Virus record (IMG/VR): IMGVR_UViG_3300017971_000186
Length of the DNA: 64,000 nucleotides
Source: a virus
Taxonomy: Duplodnaviria; Heunggongvirae; Uroviricota; Caudoviricetes
Strand: one strand, 5' to 3'
The translations under genes and the position numbers were made by a program. Below, one piece after another: positions 36,722 to 46,479 of the stretch. Positions within the stretch are counted from its first letter, which is position 1, and each line of letters starts with the position of its first letter. The notes under the pieces were generated by a model. That model saw only the letters and a program-made list of their open reading frames with translations, did not search any database and had not been told where the DNA came from.

Positions 36722-38311
36722 TTATGTACCCGGCTTCTTACCTTCGATATCCTTAAGAATATTACTAATTTCATTCTGAACCTGACCTATATCCAGGTCA
36801 TCAGAAGGACTAGCATACCGTGCTCTTAAACCGTCTTTTTTATTATCGTCCCAACCGACCCACTTATATAAGTAGTCCAGTTGTTCTGCCATTGTGGTTA
36901 AAAGATTCGTCTTTTTCTTTAATACTTTCTGAATAATACCAGTAGACAATTCAGTCTTATCATAAAAAGCATCATACATACTCTCACGTAAAGTTTGCTC
37001 TATCTCTCTACCAGATAAGTCCTTGCTGTCTACAGCTAATTTAGGAAGATCAAATTTTTTAGGATTCCTCTCTAACTTTTTAATAAGAATTTCAAAAATA
37101 TCCCGACGTTCATAAGACTGTGGAATATTTACAAAAAATGTTTCATCGAACCGATTGATCAATTCTGGTGGTAAAAATCTAATATCATTAGACGTAGCTA
37201 TTGTAAATACAGGTTTGGTACATTCCTGCATCCATATAAGAAATGTTCCAATAACCCTGGCAGTGACACCAGAATCAGAAAAAGTTGACGACTGGGAACC
37301 TGCGAAACCCTTCTCTATCTCATCGATCATTAAAATGCATGGGCTCATATTTTCTACAATATTTAAAACACGGTGCATGTTTGTTTCACTATCACCTACA
37401 CGGGAACTGAAAATTAGGCTAGGATCAAAACAAACTGCAGGAAGGCCCCATTCATTAGCTAAAGCCTTTAAAATCAGGGACTTACCACATCCAGGCAGAC
37501 CCACTAATAGGAGTCCTTTAAGTAAAGGTAAACCAAATTTCTGACCTTCAACAGTCCATCCCCCATAAGATTTTTGAATCCACTTTTTAAGATTCTGCAT
37601 GCCTCCTACATCATCAAAGGAAACATTGGTTTCTAATAAAGAGAGTAACTCTGTCTTAGCGATAGCATTCTTTTTAAACTCTCGAATGAAATCCAAATTA
37701 ATCGTTTTATAAATAGAATAACTTTGCAAATAGGACTGTTCTATTTCAAATAAAGTTAATCCTTTTAAATTATTGAGAATTTCTGCACTTGGTTTCTTAT
37801 CACCCTTTAATTCCAATTTTTTACTAACCTGATTAGAGTGGCTTTTTATTCTATCATCATCAGGTAAATCAAAGAAAACAACTTCACCTAGCCGTTCTAG
37901 ACCCATCGGGACACGAACAATTTGTGAAACAAAAACCAAATTCATAGTGAATTCTTCATCTAGCTGATATCGAGAAAGCAAATCCTTAATCATTCGCACA
38001 TTCTGTTTATCTTCTATATACATGTCACTATCAAGGAAGATATATTTTTCGTAATTATCTCTACCCTTAAAGTCTTTGGTTAATATTTCAGCAAGAACAT
38101 CTCGAAAATTACGTGCAGATTTTACCTGCACATTAAATTTATCTTTCAATAACTTTTTTAAAGGGACAACACCAGACAAAGTACGAGAATAAACAAACCA
38201 CTCATCTTTTTTATAATTCTCATGAAAGTATTTTAAAACTTCTATATCGGATTCAGCGATAACAAAAGACAATGGCCTATTTGCACCAATACATTGATCG
38301 AGACTAAGCAT
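36722..38311 (-). CDS. AAA-family ATPase
   Basis: Walker A 'GLPGCGKS', 'SRVGDSE' (cf. AAA 'SKWVGESE'), Walker B 'ILMIDEIEK', 'PPELINRFDETFFVNIP' sensor/Arg region. Confidence 0.75.
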   Translation of the reverse strand: MLSLDQCIGANRPLSFVIAESDIEVLKYFHENYKKDEWFVYSRTLSGVVPLKKLLKDKFNVQVKSARNFRDVLAEILTKDFKGRDNYEKYIFLDSDMYIEDKQNVRMIKDLLSRYQLDEEFTMNLVFVSQIVRVPMGLERLGEVVFFDLPDDDRIKSHSNQVSKKLELKGDKKPSAEILNNLKGLTLFEIEQSYLQSYSIYKTINLDFIREFKKNAIAKTELLSLLETNVSFDDVGGMQNLKKWIQKSYGGWTVEGQKFGLPLLKGLLLVGLPGCGKSLILKALANEWGLPAVCFDPSLIFSSRVGDSETNMHRVLNIVENMSPCILMIDEIEKGFAGSQSSTFSDSGVTARVIGTFLIWMQECTKPVFTIATSNDIRFLPPELINRFDETFFVNIPQSYERRDIFEILIKKLERNPKKFDLPKLAVDSKDLSGREIEQTLRESMYDAFYDKTELSTGIIQKVLKKKTNLLTTMAEQLDYLYKWVGWDDNKKDGLRARYASPSDDLDIGQVQNEISNILKDIEGKKPGT

Positions 38312-38512
38312 TTATATTATTCCTATCTGTTATATCTATTTTACCCGCAATAAATTTTACGGCAATTCGTCTTTTTCATTCTTTCCCGATCTTCCTTATT
38401 GTAAACATTATCAATAATAAATTCACTGAAAGACACGGGAAAGAAATCAATACGAGTAGAGCCATCGGGCATTATACGTAGAGTAAGTTTATTCTCCTCT
38501 ACTTCCGGTTTC

Positions 38513-38824
38513 TTATCGAATGACATGGATATGAATCTCCCCATTCGCCTGAACTTCTTCTCGGATCTCATTACCTTCACGAATAGCACGATCTTTGTAC
38601 CAATTAACCGTGTAATTCTGAAGAATTTTTTCCACATACTTTTTATCCATATCATCATATGAAACCTTACCTTTTTTACCATTTATAACAATATTATGAT
38701 AAGGTCTCGTTATGGTAAAAGTATCAGCATTCTTTACATTATAACTGATTCTCATTTGATTCAATGTATTTTCCATAATGGTCATCGATCTTATCTCACA
38801 ATCAACATGTACTTCTTTTGACAT
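38513..38824 (-). CDS. hypothetical protein
   Basis: 103 aa, diverse composition. A 61-aa ORF (MSFDKK..., about 38341-38526) follows with ATGA-type overlap. Confidence 0.4.
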   Translation of the reverse strand: MSKEVHVDCEIRSMTIMENTLNQMRISYNVKNADTFTITRPYHNIVINGKKGKVSYDDMDKKYVEKILQNYTVNWYKDRAIREGNEIREEVQANGEIHIHVIR

Positions 38825-39263
38825 GATTATCCCCTTTCTGAGTTATGTACATCTTGATGTACAGGTACATGATCACGATCTTCATCTTTAGTAACTCTAC
38901 CAGCATCCCGTCCCAAATTTGACAATTCGTAACAATCATTGGTTTTTTCTTTCCCAATAATTTTTGAATTCCCATTTTTAAAAACTACAATTTTCGAATT
39001 AGGTAACATTTATATCCTCCTTACCTTTTTTATTTATGACTATTTCATATTTTAATGGATCAATCAATACCACTTCCTCATCTATATAATTAAGTAAACA
39101 TTGACCAAATAGAGCTAGTTCTATTCCTATATTTTCTACATCTATCTTTTTAGAAATTTCAATTGCTTTAAGATCTGCCTTTATCGAAAATTCAGGATCG
39201 GTCAAATATTTATAATTAATCTCATCCTTTTTCATTTTTCATCCTCTTTACCTTTTTATTTTT

Positions 39264-39725
39264 TTAAGAGCTATATTTTTTTATAGCTTTTTCCATAGAT
39301 TTAATCGTTTCTTTCATCTTATGTATTATTACACCCCGATAATTTCTTACTGGCCCTTCTCGCTTCGCAAACAGCCCGATGCCCCCATTACCACACTCAG
39401 GGTTCGGGCAATGTGGGCCTCCCCAATCCCAGGAATCTTTATATTCTTGTAGGGGAAATTTACCACCACAAACATCACAACGAAACCATTTTGAAGTTAT
39501 AGTTTTGTTTGGCATCCCATCTCTTGGATTAGCCAGGGTATGGACATCGTACTCTTCAGGGTCATAACTGAACACCACTTTACCGGTAGCTATTCCATTT
39601 TCTACTACTTCATATCCTTGTTTTCGATATGTATTACCCATAATCACTTTTCCAGTTTCTTTATATCTTTTAACAATTGCTTCACTTGATTCAAGAAATC
39701 TTCTGAATGTTTCATACAAATACAT
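39264..39725 (-). CDS. Cys-rich hypothetical protein. It possibly starts at the internal Met around 39641.
   Basis: 'CDVCGGK...CPNPECGNGG'. The upstream 28 codons overlap ORF 39644..39877. Confidence 0.4.
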   Translation of the reverse strand: MYLYETFRRFLESSEAIVKRYKETGKVIMGNTYRKQGYEVVENGIATGKVVFSYDPEEYDVHTLANPRDGMPNKTITSKWFRCDVCGGKFPLQEYKDSWDWGGPHCPNPECGNGGIGLFAKREGPVRNYRGVIIHKMKETIKSMEKAIKKYSS

Positions 39726-39891
39726 AAATTAGCAAGGCCATTCGCTCCATAACCTGAGATAGAGATATAATAATCTTGCTTCTGAATGATGCAATTGTCA
39801 TCAGAAGCTCTACAACGAGGAGTACAATATGTAGGTTCCCTCAACTGTTGTTTTAATTTTATGTTTACACCACTCATAAAAATCTCCCATA

Positions 39892-40695
39892 TTAAGGATA
39901 TATATCTAATTTCTGAAATAATTCTGATTTCTGACCTAAATTATTTATTCCCCACTTATTCATAAAAGCGAGAGTATCCTTCCGATGCCATTCAGAGACA
40001 CCTTTTGATGAAGCCTCCAAACGATGCTTGACTTGTGATCTAGGTTCATACCAGACTTCCCAACCCCGATACCGCGCCCAGTAGCAATAGTCACTGTCTG
40101 AGCATATCAAAAACATATTTTCATCCAATAGTCCTATATGTTGAATCATTTCCCTTCTCAGCATTGCTGAGGCAAAATTAATCCAGGTGGATTTCTCAGG
40201 AACTCTACAATGCCCCATAGAGATTCTTCCCCCCTTATGGATTCCATTGGGGAACGCCTGAATAGTTCCTCCATGACGAATAATATCAGGATCATCGTGA
40301 TCTATCTGCATAGATCCAACAATCCCGACTTTTTCCCCATAAGAAAATCGATCTATAAGAGCCTGTTGTGCTCCCTTAAGAACCACAGCATCCTGATTAA
40401 GTAACCAAACATAGGGAGCACTACCGGCAAGAATACCTTCATTTACACCCTTGGTAAAACCTCTATTGACTTCATTGTTATCAATTATATGCAAGACATA
40501 ATTATTACAGTGCTCTTCAACGGATGCAACACATACATCTAGATATTTTCGATCTCCATAAAGGAGAATTATTATATCAGTAGTAATTTCAGGAACTGAT
40601 TCTGATATCAAAACTTTATCTGTTTCTGACTTCACAGAAATAGAATTAGGTTTTTGCTTATTCTTGTTGTTTTTCTTTTTCTTTTTTGTTTTCAT
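39892..40695 (-). CDS. GT2-family glycosyltransferase (RfbF/WbbL-like)
   Basis: 'ILLYGD', 'NRGFTKGVNEG', 'LLNQD' and 'ICSDSDYCYWARYRGWEV' motifs typical of GT2 rhamnosyl/glycosyl transferases. Lys-rich N-terminal extension. Confidence 0.6.
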   Translation of the reverse strand: MKTKKKKKNNKNKQKPNSISVKSETDKVLISESVPEITTDIIILLYGDRKYLDVCVASVEEHCNNYVLHIIDNNEVNRGFTKGVNEGILAGSAPYVWLLNQDAVVLKGAQQALIDRFSYGEKVGIVGSMQIDHDDPDIIRHGGTIQAFPNGIHKGGRISMGHCRVPEKSTWINFASAMLRREMIQHIGLLDENMFLICSDSDYCYWARYRGWEVWYEPRSQVKHRLEASSKGVSEWHRKDTLAFMNKWGINNLGQKSELFQKLDIYP

Positions 40696-41130
40696 TGTTA
40701 CCCTTTATCCAATAGTTCCAAATCCCTTGTGCCCAACTATACGTGTACCAGATACTTAAACAAAAAAATCCCCATTGTTTGTTTTGAAAAGATTCAATAA
40801 GCCAGAAAGGTTGACTGATCATACCGATAATAAAACCCCACCGACTCCACCGTTCCTTTCGACTTAAAAACCAAATTGCCAAAGCACCTAGCAAAAGTAT
40901 AAAAACTTGGTTTATATTCAATTTCCAAAAAACCTCCTATAGATAATACGACATTAAGAGATGATCACAATAAGAAGAAAATTAAATTTTTTTAAACAAG
41001 GGATTCAGATATGTAGACTTTTGACTCCAGCCTCTCTAAACCGATTAATGCATTCTTATAGAAGAAACATCCTTCTTTCTTACAGAAAACTGCAGTCCTT
41101 TTATCCCCTTCAACTGTTTTGTCTTCAATC

Positions 41131-41892
41131 TCAACTTTGGATTGACACTTTGGACACCGTAGCTCGATCATACTTTATACCGTATTTAATCATGGCTTTT
41201 GCTAATTTGCTTTTCATAGCACTTATTGTAGTTGTTGATACTCCATAAATCCGAGCGATCATTTTATTGTTGTATCCCTTATACAGAAGTCGGAAAAGGT
41301 CCAATAGAGTACACCCGTTTTCTTCTATCTCTGTGATTAAATCCTTGATTTCATTAAATTCTTCACCGATTTTACCACGCTTTTGAAGACGTTCCAATAT
41401 TTTTAAAAAATTGAGAGAAGTATTTTTATGTTGTCTCTTTCGTAACTTAAATTTTATGTTCTGAGGTGATTTTGAAAACTGACGCTCAAAATCGCTGAAT
41501 TCTTCCATAAAAGAATTATTGTTAAAATATTGATTGTCGTAGAAATCATCTGAAACATCATAATAAGCGGGAATAAGATCGAACTCGTTAGTATCATCAG
41601 TAGGAGAAGGGGTTAAAACACGGCACCGACGAAATCGACCATCGTGACTTTTCACTCTGGTGATTATAAAATTACGGATAATTTTAAAAAGGTAAGAAGA
41701 TATTTGTACATTATAACTGGGATCATAAGCTTCAATGATTTTCTTTTTTGTTAAGAACTTCACATAAAGCTCTTGGACAACATCATCAGGTGAACCAGGA
41801 TAATCAAGATACTCGCACTGTTTTCGGACTAGAGCACGAAATTCTGCATCATTTTTTTGGGCAAAGACAGCAATATCATTAGTAGGTAGCAT
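41131..41892 (-). CDS. sigma-70 family (ECF-like) RNA polymerase sigma factor
   Basis: Region 2-like 'VQELYVKFLTKK...YLFKIIRNFIITR'. Region 4 HTH-like 'MIARIYGVSTTTISAMKSKLAKAM'. Confidence 0.55.
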   Translation of the reverse strand: MLPTNDIAVFAQKNDAEFRALVRKQCEYLDYPGSPDDVVQELYVKFLTKKKIIEAYDPSYNVQISSYLFKIIRNFIITRVKSHDGRFRRCRVLTPSPTDDTNEFDLIPAYYDVSDDFYDNQYFNNNSFMEEFSDFERQFSKSPQNIKFKLRKRQHKNTSLNFLKILERLQKRGKIGEEFNEIKDLITEIEENGCTLLDLFRLLYKGYNNKMIARIYGVSTTTISAMKSKLAKAMIKYGIKYDRATVSKVSIQS

Positions 41893-42142
41893 TGAGGGAC
41901 GCTCCTTTATTTGTGTTATTTTAGTATTTATGTTTTTTGAGCTTACCCTAGTCTCTACGTAAAATTTATGGCTCGAATTTAACTCAGCTTTTTATATTTG
42001 TAAGTCTATAAATTGTAGATACTTAGAATAAGCCAATTTCAGCTTAATTTTTAATCAAAAACTAATATAAAAGAAAAATTTATTTTTCGCAAACAATATT
42101 TTTAACTTTTTTTATTTAATACAAAAGAGAAAATTTATCCCC

Positions 42143-45100
42143 TCATATCCCAAAAAATCTTGCCAAAAGGGAAAAACTTTCAGGGTGTACTTTATACTCT
42201 GAAACTAATAAAGAGTTCCCTGATCTGTCACGGATTTTTAAAATTTTTTTATCTTTCTCTTCATATCGATTGCCCTCATCATTCAAAAAAACCAAAATAT
42301 CATTCAACCATCGTGAACTTATCGTACTCAATTCTCGCAGAGTATAAATCAAATATTGACCCGATATATCACCGCCGTTTAGAGTTTTTTTTTCTGATAT
42401 TTTACTACTATCTACAGTACCACTATCAACTTTCTCCAAAACCTCCTTATCTTTAGGTACATCATGTTGTTCAGACTTTTCTATATCTTGTATTTCAGAA
42501 GGAGTTTTTTCCTCTATAATCTGGTTATCTGGTACCTCATTTGAATCTTTCTCTGAATTTTCTTCTTCAATTTTATTACTTTCCACCGGAGGTTCATCAT
42601 TTTTATCTTTTGGCACATCATCTTTTATCTTCTGTAAAGATTCAAATTCCATTAAAGGCTCACTTAATTTATTCCTCAAATCAGGAAAATCCTTAAGAAA
42701 ATCACCTTTAACTCTCCAAGTATCACCATACTGTATATCAACTTCCAAAGGAATGGGCCATTTCAATTGACCCTGAATAATATCATTCAACTGCATGATC
42801 TTACAAATCTCTGGTACCAGTATCTGCAATTTTTCAGTTGTAATCTCAAAAACCAATTCATCATGCATGGTAATCAATATTTTTATATCATCATGCAGAT
42901 TATTTCTCGTGAGCCAGGAGTTCATCCGGGCCATGACAGCCTTCATAATATCCGCCGAAGTATTTTTACTTATAATTCCAGCAGAATCAAACCGATGTAA
43001 AGGAGATTTTACTGATAAAGTGTATGTAACTTCTTTTTTACTTAAAACTCTTTTCTTTTCTAATTTGGAATGATAATAAATTTCCGGTAGTTCACAATTA
43101 TAACTTTCTAATAATGACACTATTCCAGGTAAACTAACATTTTTACCCTTCCTAACTTTACATACATATGAGCGATCATTCCCATTTTTTACATAACAAT
43201 TCCCTAAAGAATTTAATATAGGCTCTCTTAAAAAATCAGGTAAAGGCATATTTTGTGTGTTACATTTTCTCTCTTCTTTTTTATAAGTTAAGTCCATTAA
43301 TTCCGCAAAAATTCGATAATTCATCCAATTAAATATGGATGAGCCATCACCACAATCATAAATAGTAGAGGGACATCCTAGGGTCCAAGCTAATAATTGA
43401 ATATCTCTCAATAGATCTTTATTAGGAGTATGGAAACCATATTTATTGGCCTCTTTCTTACATCCATCTGTATCAAAATAACCTCGTAAAAATGATTGTC
43501 TCATTTTTATAGGGGATTCCATAATTCGTTGAGGGATTCTCTTATCACGAGCATCATGAAAATGATAACCCATTTCTCCAAAAAGTTTTGTTAAAGTAAC
43601 GGAACAGATACTCGTTTTATAACAAATACCTTTACTACCTTTATTTAAAACAGGTTCCGAAATATTTAATCCGAGATCATTTAATTTTCTCTTAAGATCA
43701 GGAAATATTCTTCTTATCTTTTCTTCACCAAAATTTAATGTTATAACATATTTAGATGCCTTTTTATCAATGTATATTGAGCCATCTCCAATAACACATC
43801 CTAATAAATAGGCTATAAAATCCCACTCCTCTGCCGTACTCACTTTCAATTTCTGTGCATTCCATACATTTCCCTCAAAAATAATTTCCTCAGGATAACT
43901 CCCAAATTTTAATAATTGAGGGCGAGATATACATATATTAGTATCTTCTGTTAATTCATTAAATTTTTTAAATTCATATCTTTCATTATTTACTGTTAAT
44001 ACTTCATGCCGTGTATCACAATGAAGAATCATTCCATTTTTTAATTCAATTATCGCTAATTGAGCCTCTCCACGATCCAATACTTCAAAATCCTCCCATG
44101 AAACCCCAGTCCATATTTTTAAATTTTGGCCTGATTCCTTTAACTTTTTGATTTTTATAATAGATAAATAACCTTCTGTTGTTAAACAGCGCTCTTCTTG
44201 ACAAAGGCAACCTTGAATTTTTGTATTAACTGCACATCGATCTGCATGAGCAGCCAATCCCTTATCCCCACTATCATAGTACTTATTTAACGGTCTAGTA
44301 CGCCCAAAAATAGTTTTAACAAATTTCTCTTTTCTAGCTACCACGATCACCCGGTCAATCCATTTCTTCAGTTTAGGAACTCCTGCAAAAAATGTGGCTA
44401 GAATCTTTTTGGCCTCCGGTACAGTTATTTTAGCATTACCTGCAAGAGTAAATGGGCCTCCTAAATAAAGGGCCAAAAAATTAACTGTCTTTCCTATTTT
44501 CCTCTCACTTTTTAATACATCCTTAGGATCTTTTCCCGAGATAATAGCACCTGTAGCAGTATGGAAATCAATTCCTTTATGAATCGATTCAATCCAGGCA
44601 GTCTCATTCGAAATATTTGTAGCTACCCGCATCTCTTCATTTGCATAGTCAATCGCTACCATCGTTTTACCAGGACGAGCAATAAACGCCCTTCTCATAT
44701 CAATGTCAGGATTATCCTCACTAGGCATCTTTGGAATACTCTGGACATTAACTCCTGAAGACCCATCTATATGAATACCCTGACCACCAGGACTCGAAAA
44801 TCTTCCGGTATCAGTTCCAGTCTGTTTAAATTGAAGTTTTACAAAACCTTCTTCATCGTGGTTGTTCAAAAGATTATTAATATATGTCGATAAAACTTTT
44901 TCCAATCCACGGAAATTTATGATCTTCTTAACAATGGGGTAAAGGTCAGCTATTTTATTTAAGGTTTTACTATCAGTGCTGTATTGCCCAGATTTGGTTT
45001 TTGTTTTCTCTGGATATTTATATTTCAAATCATCGAATAGTATTTTACCTAATTTCTGTGAACTTCCCAAATTAAATTCATAACCGACCAATTGATGTAT

Positions 45101-45931
45101 CTCTTTTTTAATATCTTCTATACGGTTTTCAACTTTTGTTTTTAAGTCCTTGAGATATGGAACATCAATTTTTATTAGATTTGCTTCCATATCCATCATA
45201 ACAAATACAACCCGTTTCTCTAAGTTATATATCATCTGTTGACTCTTTATAATTTCCTGTTCCGTAAAAAAGATATATAAATCCATAGTACACATAGCAT
45301 CAGAGGCTCCATATGTATACCCCACATCAGGGGAGACAAGATCAAAATGACCTTCTTTGGCAACCTCATTAAATTTTAACATTGGTTGATCAAGTAATTC
45401 TGGAGAGAGATCCTTTAATTTATTGGCTTTTCTTCCTGAATCATGCAAATACGCCAGCAAAAGTGTATCTTCGAATTGATTATGATTATCAAGAACAATA
45501 CCGTAATTCTTTAAATAAGTTAAATCGAATTTAGCATTATGGTATATTGTAATACAATTATAACAAAGACGTTTTATCTCCTTTAAAACAGCCTCTTCTG
45601 GAAGATTAAATTCTATCCCTTCTCTATGATTAATAGGGATATAAATGGCCACTTTCGGATCATAACATAAAGCAAAACCTACTATTTTACCAATAGGAAC
45701 AATTTTACCATCTACTTTTTTTACCCTTGTATTAAGTCCTGTCGTTTCCAAATCAAGGGCACATCTTTTCGCTTCTATCGCCCTATCAATGTAATTTTCC
45801 ACTTCTTCCATGCTCTTGGCTAATTTAAACGTACGATCAGCCATCCATGGCATTTCGGCTATTCTGGTTTGAACAGTATCCTCCACAAATTCCATAAATC
45901 CTGTGTTTACAAATTGTTTTTTTGGTGCCAT
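42143..45931 (-). CDS. family A DNA polymerase (3'-5' exo plus pol), intein-containing
   Basis: Exo I 'ALDLETTGL', Exo III 'YGASDA', 'RFSSPGGQGIHI...VNVQSIP', motif A 'DYANEEMRV', motif B 'RKIGKTVNFLALYLG', 'AVNTKIQG|...|TSADIMKAV' and motif C 'MHDELVFE'. Confidence 0.9.
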   Translation of the reverse strand: MAPKKQFVNTGFMEFVEDTVQTRIAEMPWMADRTFKLAKSMEEVENYIDRAIEAKRCALDLETTGLNTRVKKVDGKIVPIGKIVGFALCYDPKVAIYIPINHREGIEFNLPEEAVLKEIKRLCYNCITIYHNAKFDLTYLKNYGIVLDNHNQFEDTLLLAYLHDSGRKANKLKDLSPELLDQPMLKFNEVAKEGHFDLVSPDVGYTYGASDAMCTMDLYIFFTEQEIIKSQQMIYNLEKRVVFVMMDMEANLIKIDVPYLKDLKTKVENRIEDIKKEIHQLVGYEFNLGSSQKLGKILFDDLKYKYPEKTKTKSGQYSTDSKTLNKIADLYPIVKKIINFRGLEKVLSTYINNLLNNHDEEGFVKLQFKQTGTDTGRFSSPGGQGIHIDGSSGVNVQSIPKMPSEDNPDIDMRRAFIARPGKTMVAIDYANEEMRVATNISNETAWIESIHKGIDFHTATGAIISGKDPKDVLKSERKIGKTVNFLALYLGGPFTLAGNAKITVPEAKKILATFFAGVPKLKKWIDRVIVVARKEKFVKTIFGRTRPLNKYYDSGDKGLAAHADRCAVNTKIQGCLCQEERCLTTEGYLSIIKIKKLKESGQNLKIWTGVSWEDFEVLDRGEAQLAIIELKNGMILHCDTRHEVLTVNNERYEFKKFNELTEDTNICISRPQLLKFGSYPEEIIFEGNVWNAQKLKVSTAEEWDFIAYLLGCVIGDGSIYIDKKASKYVITLNFGEEKIRRIFPDLKRKLNDLGLNISEPVLNKGSKGICYKTSICSVTLTKLFGEMGYHFHDARDKRIPQRIMESPIKMRQSFLRGYFDTDGCKKEANKYGFHTPNKDLLRDIQLLAWTLGCPSTIYDCGDGSSIFNWMNYRIFAELMDLTYKKEERKCNTQNMPLPDFLREPILNSLGNCYVKNGNDRSYVCKVRKGKNVSLPGIVSLLESYNCELPEIYYHSKLEKKRVLSKKEVTYTLSVKSPLHRFDSAGIISKNTSADIMKAVMARMNSWLTRNNLHDDIKILITMHDELVFEITTEKLQILVPEICKIMQLNDIIQGQLKWPIPLEVDIQYGDTWRVKGDFLKDFPDLRNKLSEPLMEFESLQKIKDDVPKDKNDEPPVESNKIEEENSEKDSNEVPDNQIIEEKTPSEIQDIEKSEQHDVPKDKEVLEKVDSGTVDSSKISEKKTLNGGDISGQYLIYTLRELSTISSRWLNDILVFLNDEGNRYEEKDKKILKIRDRSGNSLLVSEYKVHPESFSLLARFFGI
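42962..44209 (-). mobile_element. intein (416 aa) with LAGLIDADG homing endonuclease inserted in the polA 'IQG/T(A/S)ADI' site
   Basis: The insert starts with Cys right after '...NTKIQG', ends '...IISKN', and the +1 residue is Thr of 'TSADIMK'. LAGLIDADG blocks 'YLLGCVIGDGS' and 'LRGYFDTDGC'. Removal restores the canonical PolA motif. Confidence 0.75.
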
Positions 45932-45936
45932 TAATA

Positions 45937-46479
45937 TTATCCTATTTTGAGTGTATCTAATTTATTATTTAATTTTTGGATGTCTTCTGAAATATCTATA
46001 TCTTTTGATGAATTGAACATTATTATATGATAAGCAGTTACTAAAGCACTGTAACGTTTATAAATGAGTTTATTTCTAAATTCTTTTATTTTCTTCTCAG
46101 CATCTAAAGTCCATACAGATGTATCTGAAATTGGCACTATTTTCTCTATAATAAATTCAGGTTCATCGGGAATTACTGAAATATCTAATTGATACTTATT
46201 TACTATATGTAAAAGAGCCGTTTTATAATACATCTGTTCTTTTTCCATAACAAACCTTATCACATCCCAGGATTTGTGACAAACCCAACAAAACATTGTC
46301 TGAGTTTCCCGATAATACCTGGCTGAAGGTTTCCTATCTTTACCATGAAATGGACAACGAAGCTGTGCCTCATCCACTAGCTCCGGGTTATAGACAAACT
46401 CCACCCCATAGTCTATCATAACCTTGCTGAGATCCACTTCACTTAAAATCAGCTCTTTCAATTTCTCTGGACTTTTCAT
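45937..46479 (-). CDS. DnaG-type primase zinc-binding (CHC2) domain protein
   Basis: 'CPFHGKDRKPSARYY...FCWVCHKSWDVIRFV' matches CPFHxExTPSF...CFGCGxGG..I.F. No TOPRIM follows. Confidence 0.6.
   Translation of the reverse strand: MKSPEKLKELILSEVDLSKVMIDYGVEFVYNPELVDEAQLRCPFHGKDRKPSARYYRETQTMFCWVCHKSWDVIRFVMEKEQMYYKTALLHIVNKYQLDISVIPDEPEFIIEKIVPISDTSVWTLDAEKKIKEFRNKLIYKRYSALVTAYHIIMFNSSKDIDISEDIQKLNNKLDTLKIG

Noticed and set aside
38341-38682. Long form of minus ORF overlapping 38513..38824 in another frame.
   Set aside because: The upstream part overlaps a more protein-like ORF. Only the distal ~61 codons (from MSFDKK, about 38341..38526) are likely to be real.
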